A stretch of DNA of 64,000 nucleotides from Marsupella aquatica. Taxonomy: Eukaryota > Plantae > Marchantiophyta. The translations under genes were made by a program, and so were the position numbers. Shown piece by piece: positions 23,705 to 36,703 of this stretch. Below the pieces are notes generated by a model, which had not been told where the DNA came from, searched no databases, and was given only the letters and a program-made list of their open reading frames with translations. Location of the stretch: contig OZ316899.1 of NCBI GenBank assembly GCA_973895155.1, forward strand, positions 767,573-831,572, written 5' to 3'. How positions within the stretch are numbered: position 1 is the first letter of the stretch; the number at the start of each line of letters is the position of its first letter.

Positions 23705-24203
23705 CTATCTACAATTGGGACACAACCACTGTCCTTCAAGAACTGAATCAAGAGGTGACGTCAAACACGCCAAGTGCCAACCTCTTGAGTAGCCATCACA
23801 AATCAACATGGTTGCAGCTCCACGGGCGGATCCACACAACATACACCATAAGCCTGTAGGTATCACTACTAGACTAGGATCGATGATATCATCAATGTTT
23901 GGAAGGTGACAAGGTGCACAGTTGCGTACATGATCCTTCCAAACCATACCATCACAACCTTCTAAAACCAGAATTCCTGATGGAAAAACCTTCTGCACTC
24001 ATAGAATAGTACGTCCGGCAGTGACATCCAAAGTAGTAGGTGCTGTCTGTTGCAGATACACATAGTCTCCAGAATGAAATTGCCTGATGCTAGGACGATA
24101 TCCTCCTCCCCGAATAGTGGCACACCTCAAAGTATCCCAATGCTGCGCAATAGCTAAGTTCTCAAATGCCATGGGCATCACTCTCCAAAACAAGTCTGCC
24201 CGT
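23705..24203 (-). pseudogene. pol: Gypsy integrase C-terminus with terminal PHD finger
   Basis: ...FHSGDYVYL...EGCDG...CAPCHLP then CMLC...LICDGYSRGWHLACL...WLCPNC (C4HC3 with one Cys to Tyr). Continues the integrase at 29180. Confidence 0.85.
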
Positions 24204-25053
24204 TGTCGTGCCGAAAGATTTCGGCTCATGAATGGCTTTTATAGGGGATGATGGGCGAGGACTCTCGGTTGGGTTGCGTGCATGCTGACTCGGAGGGGCT
24301 GCTTGGTTGGATGGATTGAGGTTTGGCAATTGGGTGACTCGTCGTCACCAGGTTTGGTGTTTGGGTGAGTCACCAGGCTTGGAGTTTGGATGAGCCTCGC
24401 TGCTGGCAACTGGCTCAGGCTGGATGGTTGGGTTTCCGATGCTACTTAAGACTTGAGCCTTGCCTCATTGAGGTTGGCGGTTGTCTATTGAGATCTGTTG
24501 AGTTGCGTTCTGTGAGTTTCGCTCCGTTGTGCGGAACTCGACTCTTGTGCGACGGTTTTGGAGTTCTGAGTGAGTTTTCAATCCAGGTGGGGAGTTTTTG
24601 ATCCAGACGGGGAATTTCTTGAGTCTGGAGTCTCGTTGATCCAGGCGGGGATTTCTCGAGTTTGGAGTCTTGTCGATCTAGGCGAGGATTTCTCGAGTTT
24701 GGAGCCTCGTTGGTCCAGGCCCGAGTTCCGTGTGAGCTGTTTTAGACTAGTGGAGTAGCTAGTCGAGTTTTTGGTTTTGTGAGTTAAGGAAGATAGTTTT
24801 TCTGTCAGATTTTGAGTAGTTAGTCACTCGAGGAGTTCTACCCAACAAGTTAGAGGTAGCGGCCCGCCGTAGGGCCAGCTACTAGACTCTTGCGGGCAAG
24901 CTTACTCGAGGGCACCTATTGTAACCTTTGTGAGAAAAGTAAAAAATATAAAGGAGTGAGAGTTCACTCCGAAAAGTGCTTGTCACCTGTCCCGATCGCA
25001 GCCAGAAATGCGTAGTTTGCCAGAGGAGCCCCTAACTTTAAGTCCTCGCGACA
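24204..25053 (+). repeat. 5' LTR containing ~37-bp tandem subrepeats (GATCCAGGCGGGGATTTCTCGAGTTTGGAGTCTCGTT) at ~24579-24722
   Basis: Direct alignment with 28330-29179. Confidence 0.92.
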
Positions 25054-25094
25054 TTGGCAACCATACTGGGGATTCCTTGGGGCGATTGGATGAG

Positions 25095-28000
25095 ATGGGT
25101 GACTATGACGAAGTCGATCGGATATCGAGCATCGTCATGTCGATGATGAGAACCATAAGGAAGGAAGAGCTTGAGTCGGAAAGGGCAAACAAGGAAGCGA
25201 ATAGAACTACTCGGTGTCTCCAAGAGGTTTTGAAGGAGAATGGGCAGTTCGATGGGAGAAATGTGACAAGCTACCTTAAGTCTTACTTGACAGAAGTAGT
25301 TGTCTACAAGTTGGACAAAGGGACAGCCGTGAAAGAGTTCATGGTGCTGGTTGAGAAGGAGTTGAGTTCGACGGTGCGGACCATCGTTGAGTCAGCTGAG
25401 GGCTGGGATGACTTCGACCAGAAGATGAAAGAGGAGTTCCAAGCGGAGGATGTTGATCGGGTCACGCAGGCTACCTTCTTGGATTGGGTGAATGATAGGA
25501 ACAAGAAGCTGAAGGGGCCGCAAGAGCTCCTAAGGGAGTTCAAGAGAAGGGTGTCTCAGTTACCAAAGCGGGATGTGGGAATCATCAAGTTGCAGCGCTC
25601 GACGCTCTTCTTGAGGGCAGCCGATGAGGACCTTCGAGAGGAGCTTGAGAACGCGATGGAGCTGCTGGAACCTTTGAGAGTTACCTTGTCTAACGAGTGG
25701 AACCAAGTTGAGAAAGCGGTGTCAAAAGTGAGCAATCGACACCGGCGGCGAGAGCTAGACAAGCAGGCTACCACTCTCGACCTAAGGCCGTCGGAACCGA
25801 TATTGAGGAAAGGGAAGCGAGAACCAGTGAAGGATGAGATCAAGCCATCGATGGATGATCTCGCGGAAATGATGCAGAACCTAAAGATCTTGGCAGCACA
25901 TGCGGTCGAGAATCCAAAATTGAGGGTTGCGAGTGCTCCCAAGAGGAAGCGAGAGATGCAGAGTTGGCCATGCATGTGGTGCAACAGCAAAGAGCATGAT
26001 AAATGGGAGTGCCTGGACCTGAGGGAAGCTGTAGATAAAGGGCTGATCAAGTTTGTCGGTGAAGTTGGTCAGAAAAAGATATCGTTTGCCAACACTGAGG
26101 AGCCAATTCCATTCAACTCCAACAAGGGAGGCATGAAGGCTTTGGCTGAGAAGCGAGCTGGGAAGCAAGTCGAAGAGGCATCCTCTTCGCACCTGGAAGC
26201 GAATGTTTACAATGTGGAGTTGGATGGCCCTGTGACAGAAACGGACAAGTTTTACAAGCGCTTGGTGGATCTGGTGTGAGAGAGAGATGGAGTGACCCGG
26301 TGCTGATCAATGCGATAACGGTTGAGGTTGGGGCTAGTTGGGATGCCTCGGTTGAGTCAAAAAGGAAGAAAACCGACGAGGATGACACTCCGTCTCAATC
26401 AGGGGAACAAGAGAGGCAAGATACTCGAGACAAGGAAAGGAGGGTTAGGTTCAAAGAAGACGAAATGAGCGAGAAAGAGCCAGAGAAAGGGAAACCGATT
26501 AGGAAGGACCCGGGCTGGGTGCTTGGCAGGGACGTGGACCAGGCCATGTACCCGGAGGTTGTAGCTGAGAAGTTCTGGAGCCAACAGGCTCAAGGGTTTA
26601 CCAACGCCAAGTTCTTTGGTAGTATGAGGCGGGAGATCTAGGAAGCAATCTTGGAGAGATCCAAGAGGGAACGGATTTACAAAGAGGGCCCTCACACCTT
26701 GATGGGGGAGGCTGGCGAGACGGAAATTGGGAGTTTCCGAACTTACACTGTTGGGGTGTCCATGGGTTCAGGTAGTAAGCTTGCTGGCCCCGAAGAGTCA
26801 GATTTGGGGGAACCAAAGAGGGTCAAGTCCCTTGAAGAGGAGCTCATGAACTTGGACGATGAGTTCTTTGATGTGGAAGAGGACCTCATGGGAACCGGAA
26901 GCGAAGCTGAGTCTGTGGCAAACAGGGACCCGACCAAAGGGGGAGAACGGGAAAGCATTACCGCACAGTCGAGGACCATTCATGTCATGGGCTCAATGAA
27001 AGGAAACGATTATGCTTACCGAGATGGATACTGGGCTTGAGCAAGTCCGGAGAGCGAGTGCCAGTTGGAAGGAATGGAAGGCAAGGTGCGGGCGCTCATT
27101 GATACTGGCTCGGAGATCAACTTGATGGATCCAAAGGTGTTTCAAAAGGGGAATTGGCCGGTGGACAATGAGTTGCTTTGGAGTGTGAACTCGGTGAGTT
27201 CAATGAAGGACTATCTTTGGGGCGGATGTCCAAATGTGATGGTGAAGTTCGGGAATGTCAAGCAGGCTTGTAACATTTTTGTTCATGAGCACTTGTCGTT
27301 TCCGGTGATACTGGGCATGCCGTTCATCACTGAATGGAGGATGGAGACGAAGGTTCTGGATGATACTACCTTCATGGTGAAGGTTTGGGGCAAAGATGAT
27401 AAGGAGGTGGTTCAGTTTCCGACGGTTCTACCTGGAAATGAGAGGAACCAAAAGCAGTTGCGAGATCCAATAGCGGCAGAAGTTGGCATTGCTATGGGGG
27501 AGAACCGAGATGCTAAGATGGATCTAAGTGCAAAGTTCAAAGGGGAGCCAATTGCGGACCAAAAGATGGGGAGTCTAGTGTTCAAGGAAGAGTGTTACTC
27601 AAGAGAGCTACTGGACATTGGGAAGTACCTGAGTGACTTTGGGAAGCGGCTGAAGCAGGATGGTAAAGAGTTCGAAGACATTCGAGTGAATTCTGATAAG
27701 TTCATTCTTAGAGAGGGCTACCTTTGGCGGAAACCTAAGGGCCCCATGCTAGTACCGAGGAGAGTTGTCGATTCTAAGGATGAGCAAAAGCGGATTTTGG
27801 AGGAAGTCTATGATGCTGAGGTCAAAGGTGGTTTGAAAGGAGTAAGGGCAAAGGTCTGTGAGCGGATCCAAAAGGAGTATTGGTGGCCAGATTTGTATTG
27901 GGATGTTCAGGAGGATGCTGACAATCGAGGGATCCATCACAACTTGAAGAGGCAGATTCAAGAGCTTGATCGGATTGACTATCGAGTCGTTGACATACGG

Positions 28001-28204
28001 GAGAGAGTGAAGGTTTGCAAGGTGCGACCTAGAGATGGAATGGACTCAAGTTCCGACTTGAGTGAATTTGAAGACGAGGCACTGGTCCAGGCGCATCAGT
28101 TGGACTTGAGTTTCGAAAGTGGCTTGATTGGTTCTGATTCGGATGAGTTGGACTTTGAGTTTCTGGAAAGTGGAGTGCCTAAGGCCGAGTCTGAAGGTGT
28201 TTAG
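25095..28204 (+). pseudogene. gag: gag (zinc knuckle + DUF4100-like segment), aspartic protease and relic integrase zinc-binding region; RT, RNase H and integrase core absent
   Basis: FDGRNVTSYL gag start, CMWCNSKEHDKWEC knuckle, ALIDTGSEINLM protease, EGYLWRK...EQKRILEEVYD...YWWPDLYWDV relic. Frameshift near 26276 and stops at 26639 and 27038. Confidence 0.8.
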
Positions 28205-28329
28205 GGTTTAGGTTTGAGTTTCTTGAGGAGGAAGTGGTTCAGGCGCATGGCTCGAGTTTGGACTCAGACTTAGAGGAAATCTGATGGATTGGAACAGACC
28301 GGAGGCTGCTCAGGTTTACTAGGGGAGGA

Positions 28330-29179
28330 TGTCGTGCCGAAAGATTTTGGCTCAGGAATGGCTTTTATAGGGGATGATGGGTGAGGCCTCTCGGTTGGGT
28401 TGCGTGCATGCTGACTCGGAGGGGCTGCTTGGTTGGATGGATTGAGGTTTGGCGATTGGGTGACTTGTCGTCACCAGGTTTGGTGTTTGGGTGAGTCACC
28501 AGGCTTGGAGTTTGGATGAGCCTCGCTGCTGGCAGCTGGCTCAGGCTGGATGGTTGGGTTTCCGATGCTACTTAAGACTTGAGCCTCGGCTCATTGAGGT
28601 TGGCGGTTGTCTATTGAGATCTGTTGAGTTGCGTTCTGTGAGTTTCGCTCCGTTGTGCGGAACTCGACTCTTGTGCGGCGGTTTTGGAGTTCTGAGTGAG
28701 TTTTCAATCCAGGTGGGGAGTTTTCGATCCAGGCGGGGAATTTCTTGAGTTTGGAGTCTCGTTGATCCAGGCGGGGATTTCTCGAGTTTGGAGTCTTGTC
28801 AATCCAGGCAAGGATTTCTCGAGTTTGGAGCCTTGTTGGTCCAGGCCCGAGTTCCGTGCGAGCTGTTTTAGACTAGTGGATTAGCTAGTCGAGTTTCTGG
28901 TTTTGTGAGCTAAGGAGGATAGTTTTTCCGTCAGATTTTGAGTAGTTAGTCACTCAAGGAGTTCTACCCAACAAGTTAGAGGTAGCGGCCCGCCGTAGGG
29001 CCAGCTACCAGACTCTTGCGGGCAAGCTTACTCGAGGGCACCTATTGTAACCTTTGTGAGAAAAGTAAAAAATATAAAGGAGTGAGAGTTCGCTCCGAAA
29101 AGTGCTTGTCACCTGTCCCGATCGCAGCCAAAAACGCGTAGTTTGCCCGAGGAGCCCCTAACTTTAAGTCCTCGCGACA
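28330..29179 (+). repeat. 3' LTR of the 24204-29179 element
   Basis: See 5' LTR. Confidence 0.92.
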
Positions 29180-32165
29180 TCGTTGAGAACAAGCTTGCAT
29201 CCACATGTCAGAGTCATCCAAGTGCAACACCTCACCAACCTCCCTTTGAATGGCTGCTGGCAACACTAGCTCCCTATCATAGAGCAATAAATATGGTGAA
29301 AAGGATGCAAGAGATGCTTGCCTACTGAATCAATATCCCATCGCTAACCATGGTAGCTGGATATCCCAATCATTCACATGACCCTTCTGCAAGCCATTCT
29401 TCCGCAATCCTCTCTTTATAGTATGGACAACTCTCTCTGCCAATCCATCTGCCTCTAGATGATCCCTAGACGTTGTACGGTGATCAATCAATGCTTGATC
29501 ACACAAGGCCTGAAAATCTCCACAAAACTCAATCCCTTGGTCAGTCAAAACCTCAGTAGGAGCACCAAAGTGGCTCAATACACGGTCCAGAAAGGCATAG
29601 GCAACTCCTTCACTACCTTTATCTAGCAATGCAACCAACTCAATCCATTTAGAAAAGTGCTCCACCATCACTAAGGCATAACGGTTTTGATGTCTAGTCA
29701 GTGGTAAGGGTCCAGCAAAATCTAAACTCCAACAATATCCCAAGCCCATGATTGGCAAGAGATGCAGATGCGGGGTAGGAGCATTAAATGATGCTCTCAC
29801 TCTGTCACGCACAGTACACCGCACCACAAACTATTGCACCTCAACATGCATTCCACGCCACCAATATTGGGTCTAGAGTAAGTTGTATGTCCACTTCACT
29901 CCAAAATGTCCAAGCTCTTCATGAGCATGTCACACCAATTGTGCACGCTAGGATAAAGGAGGTACCAATTGCACCCTGCCATCATCCCAAACTCTCAACA
30001 AGTGAGATCCTTCCCATCTAAACCTCTTAGCTTGTTGTAGGATCCAATTTCTCTCCTTGGCAGTCACCATGCCTGACATGCTGTCTGTGCACAGATACAT
30101 CACAACATCTGCATCATCATAAATATCATGTCCAATAGACTCCTCACTAGAAATCTCTGGATCCACAAAGTCTGCATTGGGCCTCTCCAATGATGCCATT
30201 GCACCAAGACCATCCACACTCTGCAACAAGCACAAATAAGCAGAAGCATGCCAACTTGGCACCATCTCCTTGTTTGCCTCATCGTGCCAACGTGCTCCTG
30301 TCAAATACCTCTGGCTTGGGCAGGGATTGCGACTCAATCCATCAGCATCCTGATGTAAGTGACCAGGTCTATGCAAGACCTCAAAATCATACTCCTGAAG
30401 TATGAGTGGCCAACAAGCAAGCTTACCAGTAAGCTTGTCTGACTCCATCAACCATTTGAGTGGTTGGTGATCCGTAACAAGAGCGAAGGGGTTACCAAAC
30501 AAGTAACATCGAAAATGAGCCACTGCCCACATTGCAGCCAAACATTCTCCCTCATAGGAGCCATACTTTGATTCTGTAGTGTTATTCGATTGATTGGCAT
30601 ATGCTACCACAAACTCCCTTCCCTCATCATCCTGCTGAGTGAGCACTGCTCCAAGTCCCACCATGCTCCAATCAGTATGCAACCTAAATGGACGGCCCCT
30701 GATAGGTCTCCTCAAGATGGGCGTTGATGTGAGCTTCTCCTTCAACTGATGGAAAGCTCTATCCTGGTCAGCACCCCACTGCCACTCATGGTCCAGTCTT
30801 GTAAGTAACATCAAAGGTTTTGCAATTGCACTGAATCCTTTCAATACCTTTGGTAGAAGTTTGCAAGCCCCAAAAATGCTCGGACTCTACTCACATTTGT
30901 AGGCTGAGGGATGCCAGCAATTGCCTCCACCTTTTTCTGCTGCACACCCAATCCACTTGGATAATGGTATGCCCTAAATATGCAATCTGGTCATGGAGAA
31001 CTTACATTTTCCAGGATGCAGCTTCAATCCATGCTCTCTCAACTGCTCAAACACCTACTGCAAATGTATAGCATGCTCCTCCACAGTGTCACTGTACACA
31101 ATAATGTCATTGATATAACATTTGGTAAAATCCAGGTCTGCCAAAATCCAATCCATGACCCTTTGAAACTCAGCTGGCACATTCTTCAATCCAAACGGTA
31201 AGAATAGCCACTGATACAACACATCCTTCCCATGAGCATCAACCCCCCAAAATGTTGTCTTCTGCCTGTCACCAATCCTAATAGGCAGTTGGTGATATCC
31301 AGTCCTGAGATCCAATGTGCTAAACACTCTCGCATGCCCAATGGCATCAAATATCTCCTTTGGTGTGGGCATGACATACCTGTCAGACTTAGTCTACCGA
31401 TTAATTGGACAATAGTCTCCACACATCCTCCTATCAGTCCAATTGCCATGCATATCCTTCTTTGCTGGCATCACAGTGGCAGAAGCATACTCACCAAATG
31501 ACTTCTCCACAAGTCCTGCTGCCAACAAATCCTGGCACCTTGCCTGAATCAGTGCCCTCTCCATATCGGAATACCAATATGGTCTCCAAAAGATGGGCGC
31601 ATCAACTGCCAAATCTATCCGGATGCCTGGTCCCTTTAACATGCCCAAATCCTGCATGCTCAAAGCAAAACAACTTCCATAACTCCGTAAAAACTGTTGT
31701 ACACATCGTCTCTCACCTCCAGTGATCTTGGGGCCAATAGTTGGCTCCCAACTGTCAATGGTAACCTTGGCAGAAGGTGTAGAGAACGCCAACTGTGGTT
31801 GCTATGCTGCAACCTCAGGAGCAGCAATACCATGCTGTTGCAAAAAAGAAAGCCCATTGGCCTCTCCATTGACTCCCCATGAAGTCCAGGGATGACGATC
31901 TGTGGCACTGTTGCCCCCTGCTTTGAACTCTAAGGACCCAAGAGAGGAAGAGCATCCATGTGGAGGTGTCACAGATGATTGTAACCGGCGCTGCTCTACC
32001 AAGGCTAAACTCACAATCTAAGTCAAACAATTAAGATCCATAGCCTGACCCAGAATTTGACGGCGTGCTGCTTCAGTCACTGAGGGGATTGTTGTGGGGC
32101 AAGTCTGAAATTCCATAGCACGCTCACACTCATCAAAAGTCACTAGTAGAAACTGGGGCAATTTA
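29180..32165 (-). pseudogene. pol: Gypsy pol (RT, RNase H, integrase core), decayed and 5'-truncated
   Basis: RRMCGDY, LDLRTGYHQ, LPFGLKNVP, YINDII (YIDD decayed), LHTDWSMVGLGAVL, TDHQPL, SLDFAGP, LTDQG, DGLAER. Confidence 0.92.
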
Positions 32166-32408
32166 GACCATACCTTATAGGACTAAGCCCACTAAGTCCT
32201 TCTTCCATACTTTAAACGACTCGCATCCATTGCCAAGGTTTTGTTAAAGACTATAAAAGACTTTGAATGTTTCCCGGTTTAGTTAAAGACTATGAAAAGT
32301 ATACTTGCTATTTTGTGAAGGGTGAACACTCTACACATCATGGATTTTATTCTTGGAATCCACAATAAAGGTCCACACAAAGACTAGGACACTCGATAGT
32401 CTTACAAG

Positions 32409-32553
32409 GGTTCATCATAAGAAGTGTACTTCAAAAGGACCGGCCGACGTGCTACATTTTGGCCGCAGTGCTTAAGGAACATGCCTTGTATATATCACCA
32501 ACGTTAACTAACATTGCACCGTAAAGATCCATGTAACAGGTACTTTTCATAAC
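32409..32553 (+). repeat. Left copy of a ~144-bp direct duplication flanking a LINE insertion
   Basis: Matches 32917-33060 with about 6 differences. Confidence 0.9.
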
Positions 32554-32574
32554 CCTAAACCCTAAACCCTAAAC
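32551..32574. repeat. (CCCTAAA)3 telomeric repeat at the LINE 5' junction
   Basis: AACCCTAAACCCTAAACCCTAAAC between the duplicated target and the LINE sequence. Confidence 0.9.
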
Positions 32575-32916
32575 TCTGTGAAGCCTCGGGTCCCAGTAGA
32601 AAACATACTAGATTACTGCGAGTCAAAGAATTAGTCCGTCAGGAACGTCTTAGGTGGGTTACTCGTCCAGACGCATGGCTTTTTAGTTGAAGCAATACTT
32701 GTTTATGCATTCTACTTTAGTTGGCTAGGAACACTTCTTTTGCCTTTGCACTTAGGTGCTCATTATGGCCTCACCTGGGTCACACTATGCTGCCCACGCT
32801 TATGTTGCCCTATTGGGCCCCCCTTCCCGTGGGTTTTCGCGGGTTTCATTTTTATTTCAAAAGAAAAAAAGAAAAAAAGAAAAAAAGAAAAAAGAAAAAA
32901 GAAAAAAGAAAAAAAA
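32574..32916 (+). mobile_element. 5'-truncated LINE copy related to the element at 1-2918, with a G(A)6-7 tail
   Basis: Encodes LCEASGPSRKHTRLLRVKELV...AWLFS* versus ICEASGPSRKHTRLLRIKELV...ARLYS*. Shares 3' motif CCTTCCCGTGGGTTTTCGCGGGTTT. Confidence 0.92.
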
Positions 32917-33060
32917 GGTTCATCATAAGAGTGTACTTCAAAAGGACCGGTCGACATGTTACATTTTGGCCGCAGTGCTTAAGGAACATGCCTTGTATAT
33001 ATCACCAACGTTAACTAACATTGCACCATAAAGATCCATGTAACGGGTACTTTTCATAAC
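32917..33060 (+). repeat. Right copy of the ~144-bp duplication
   Basis: Matches 32409-32553. Confidence 0.9.
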
Positions 33061-34763
33061 TTAGGGTACTTTTGATAGAGGTAATTCCATGAGGGGGGCC
33101 CGGAGGGGGGGGGGTAGGGTGGGGCACAACTGATTAAGTGGCCTCATACTTGAACAGAGAGGGATTTATTTAAAGTTATCCTTTACCCTCACCCAAATGT
33201 ACTCATTTGTTGCCTAATTAAGTCCACATTGTTCCCCTACATCAAGACTCTGGCCAGGACTTATCAAGCCTAACGGCTCAACTCAACGGAAACGGGCACT
33301 CGATTAGCGTTTAGGGTCCTGTTTGCACTAAGTCTTGGGTTAGGGTGAGTATGCTTTGGTCATTGTATCAAACTGGGTTTTTGTGAAGGGAACTATCGAG
33401 TGTCCGCGCCTCAGGCGTTTGGGCCCCATCATTTGTGCTTTGCGACAGAACGACCTGCTTCATGTTTGTGAGTTTAGCATACGAGCAGAGTTTAGGGTAA
33501 GCATAAAACTCCTCAAACTGGCCCATTGTTCATTGAAACCCCACATATTACCCACCGGCACCAAGGGTCCAGTCCCAACCCGTCTTCCGCTTCCCACCAT
33601 CTTCACTCTCTCGCGCATCTATCTCCTGAACGGCGTCGCTGGCCCTTAGACGCAGAATGCTCCGCTGTGATATCGCCTCCAACTTTTCTAGTGCAGTCTA
33701 GGCAATTAGACTGCTTTTGAGAAAACTGCCCTTCTTAAAAGTGAGCAATACTAATAAACCTCGGTAGGGGCGGAGCTGGGCGGAGCTGTGGGTACTGAGG
33801 GAGCTGGGTGTGAGGGTTCGTTACGATGGCCGTGGACCTACCGTGGGCTATGAACAAGAAGCCTTAAAGGGTGAGTAACAAGCCCAAACTCTAAGCACTC
33901 TCGTAAAAAAATTGCAGAAACAAAGAAAATGGCAAAAAAGTGGCCAAAAATACTACCTGTTTTTTGACAAAATTATAAAACAAACTGAAAGTATTAAAAT
34001 GACACACTTTTTTCACCATCTCCTAATTACAAAATGATCTCAACTTACTTTTGATAAAATTACTACCTATAATTTTACTATGCCATTTTAGCAATTTTTA
34101 CCAAAACATGATTTGTATTTTTAACAAACAATCAAATTACCTCCATAATTCATTAGACTTGGGAAAAATTCAAATTCATAAAATATGATCTCTTTTTGAC
34201 TCTCCAACATGCGCCCCTTCACTCTTTGAGGAAGACTTTTCAATGGAAGATGATATCTCCACAAATTCACCACCTACGCTTCCAGATGTACCCGTTTTGG
34301 TCCAAATCAGATCACTCAATGGCTCCTCTTTTACTCTCAACCTGGCTCTCAACATGCCTGAGTTTGATTTGTTAGGCAACATCTGAATTTCACAAACATA
34401 TTGACCCAACTGGGCTCCCCCAACCTCTTCTTGGGGACCTCTTCCAAATTCTTATTCTTCCCCTTCAAGCTAATTTCTTGATATTGATTGGCTTCCAATC
34501 TCAGCCAAATGATGCAAGTGTGCCCGGGTGACCTTCTTGTGATGATCCTTTCCTTGCCGGAATTATTTGCAGCCTCAGTAGGTCTTCTTGTGTCCCCGCT
34601 TGTGTCAGCGCTCTTACACCTTCCTGGAATTTGAGAGATGTCAGACGACCATATTCACTCTCTCCCCTTGGTGCTTGTTGCAACGCTTGACCTTTCCAAA
34701 ATGCACAAAAATCTGGTTTTGAGACAGGACTTAGTGTTTTTAGAAACTTGTTACAATCGGTCT

Positions 34764-36703
34764 TCATGAATTCATGAGTCCGCTTTCTCAACTGTCCACT
34801 ATCTTGAAGACCCTTGAGTCGGACACCCAAATTAACACTAGTCTCAACCACATGGGATGGAACTTAACGCCCGGGGAGGCTAGTGCTCTCAAATGAGTGA
34901 GAAGAACTTAATGTAGACAAAACACACAAAAGAGCAAAAACCCTTTAACTTGAAACAAATGAAATAACATGTTTTCATGAATAGAGGACGCCTATTTGTA
35001 CTTAATTGGTCCTTTCTCTAATTTAAATGAATAAGAAATGCTTAAATCATTTTTCAATAATTAAGCCAATCCTTTCATGGCATAGATGAACAAGTCAAGG
35101 AAAAAGTTGAAAAATTTATATTTCCAAAAGTTTTTTATGACACAACACTTTATTAATTAGTCTTCTTGGCTACTAGGTGGTATCTTAGTCCTTTGACTTT
35201 TTGGCTTGTTGGGAAACTTAGGGCTTCTTTGGGCCTTTTCCCTTCCCCATACCTCCCTTTACTAGATTGCTCAATTATTAATCTCACAATATTGTTTGGA
35301 CTACGCAATCCAATTTACTTGGAGAAATAAATCATTTTTAGGTTTGCATTCCCACGTTTCATGAGGATAAACATTGGCATTAAAAACCCATATGTTTTTG
35401 CCCACCAGTAAAAACCCATATGTTTTTGCCCACCAAGATACGTACTTCCATGACTCATGATGATTGGAGAGTTTGTCTTGTTGACCTACTGTTTCCATAT
35501 GCTTTTTGGAATATTGGCATTTGGAGCACTTTTTGCTTTTATTTCACCATATTTTTGGCATTTCTTGAGATTGAGTGGTTTGTCTTTATCCCCTTTTCTT
35601 TCACTTTTGAAGTCTTTATTTTGGCTATTCTGGAGATTCTCTCCCTAAGATACCTTATTCTCTTTCATGAATTCATGAAGGGGCTACCACCTGGGAAACT
35701 GAGAAACCAAAAGCTTCATGAATTCATGAAGCCCAAAACTGGTTGTGACAAAATACAAAGGGCAAAGATTGTGTTGCAAGCTCAATGACCTACAAAGGGC
35801 GAGGGTAGCCAATTGGCTATGGCAAAGGAGGCTGCGGCCTGGAGAGGGCTATTGGCCCTCACTTAAGCTCAAGTCGCATCAAGGTGCTGTCATCAGCTGC
35901 CGATTGAGGTTAGGCCTAATTTATGGTCTGGGAACGACTGCTAATCTCTGCTGTCGCCTTCAAAATCCTGAAGCTGAAATTTTGAATTCCTGGTTTGATG
36001 TTGATGCTTTGATTGCTGGATTTCACCTGAGTGTTGGACTTTGATTTCTCAGATTTGGTTATTGAATGAGCTTCTACTGTGATTGACTGCTGCTTGAATT
36101 AGCTGTGGTAGACTCTGATTAAATGAGACAGATTCCAATTAGGGGAGATAGCCACAAAGGATCAGGGATAATTTGTGAAAAATTGAGCTTGAGAGCTAGA
36201 TCTCAATCGAGCAGACCTAAGGATTGAAGGGGGAGCGAGTGGAGGATGGGAGAGGGAGCAAGGGAGATTGGAATGGGATTGATAAGGATTGGAAGGGGAT
36301 TGGAAGGGGGGCCATTTAGGGATTGGAGGAGGGTGGACGATTGTACCGTCAGGGGAACGATCAACCATCATAGGGGGATGGAGCACCGGAGGAGGGCAGT
36401 CGAGCATCAAGGGGATGATCAAACATTGGAGGGGGAGCGGTAAAAGATCGGGGGGGAGGGTTTAGGATTGGGGAAGGGTTTCACTAATCAGGGACCGGGG
36501 GAGGGCCGATCGAGAATCAAGATTGATCCAGGGAGGATTAAGGGTTGACCAGGCCTGGTCTGGGTCAAAAATGAGTCCAAGGTGGGTGGATTGGGAGCAG
36601 AAGCAAAGAGAACTATCGAGCTTGGGGGAACTAACTGGATGGAGCTAGGAGGATCAGGTAGCTTCTTTCAAGTGAGAACCCGGCTTCATGATTTCATGAA
36701 GCC
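34764..36703. repeat. Four dispersed copies of the palindrome core TCATGA(A/T)TTCATGA
   Basis: 34764-34777, 35664-35679, 35713-35732 (perfect 20-bp palindrome), 36682-36703 (one central mismatch). Confidence 0.75.

Larger units (their letters stand above)
24204..29179 (+). mobile_element. 4,976-bp non-autonomous gypsy LTR element (gag + protease only; TR-GAG-like)
   Basis: 850-bp LTRs 24204-25053 and 28330-29179 (TG...CA, roughly 3% diverged by manual count), putative PBS 25055-25072, PPT AGGGGAGGA 28321-28329, 4-bp TSD CCGT/TCGT. Confidence 0.92.

Noticed and set aside
28199-28215. TTTAGGGTTTAGG telomere-like motif
   Set aside because: Under two units and no empty-site control; could be chance.
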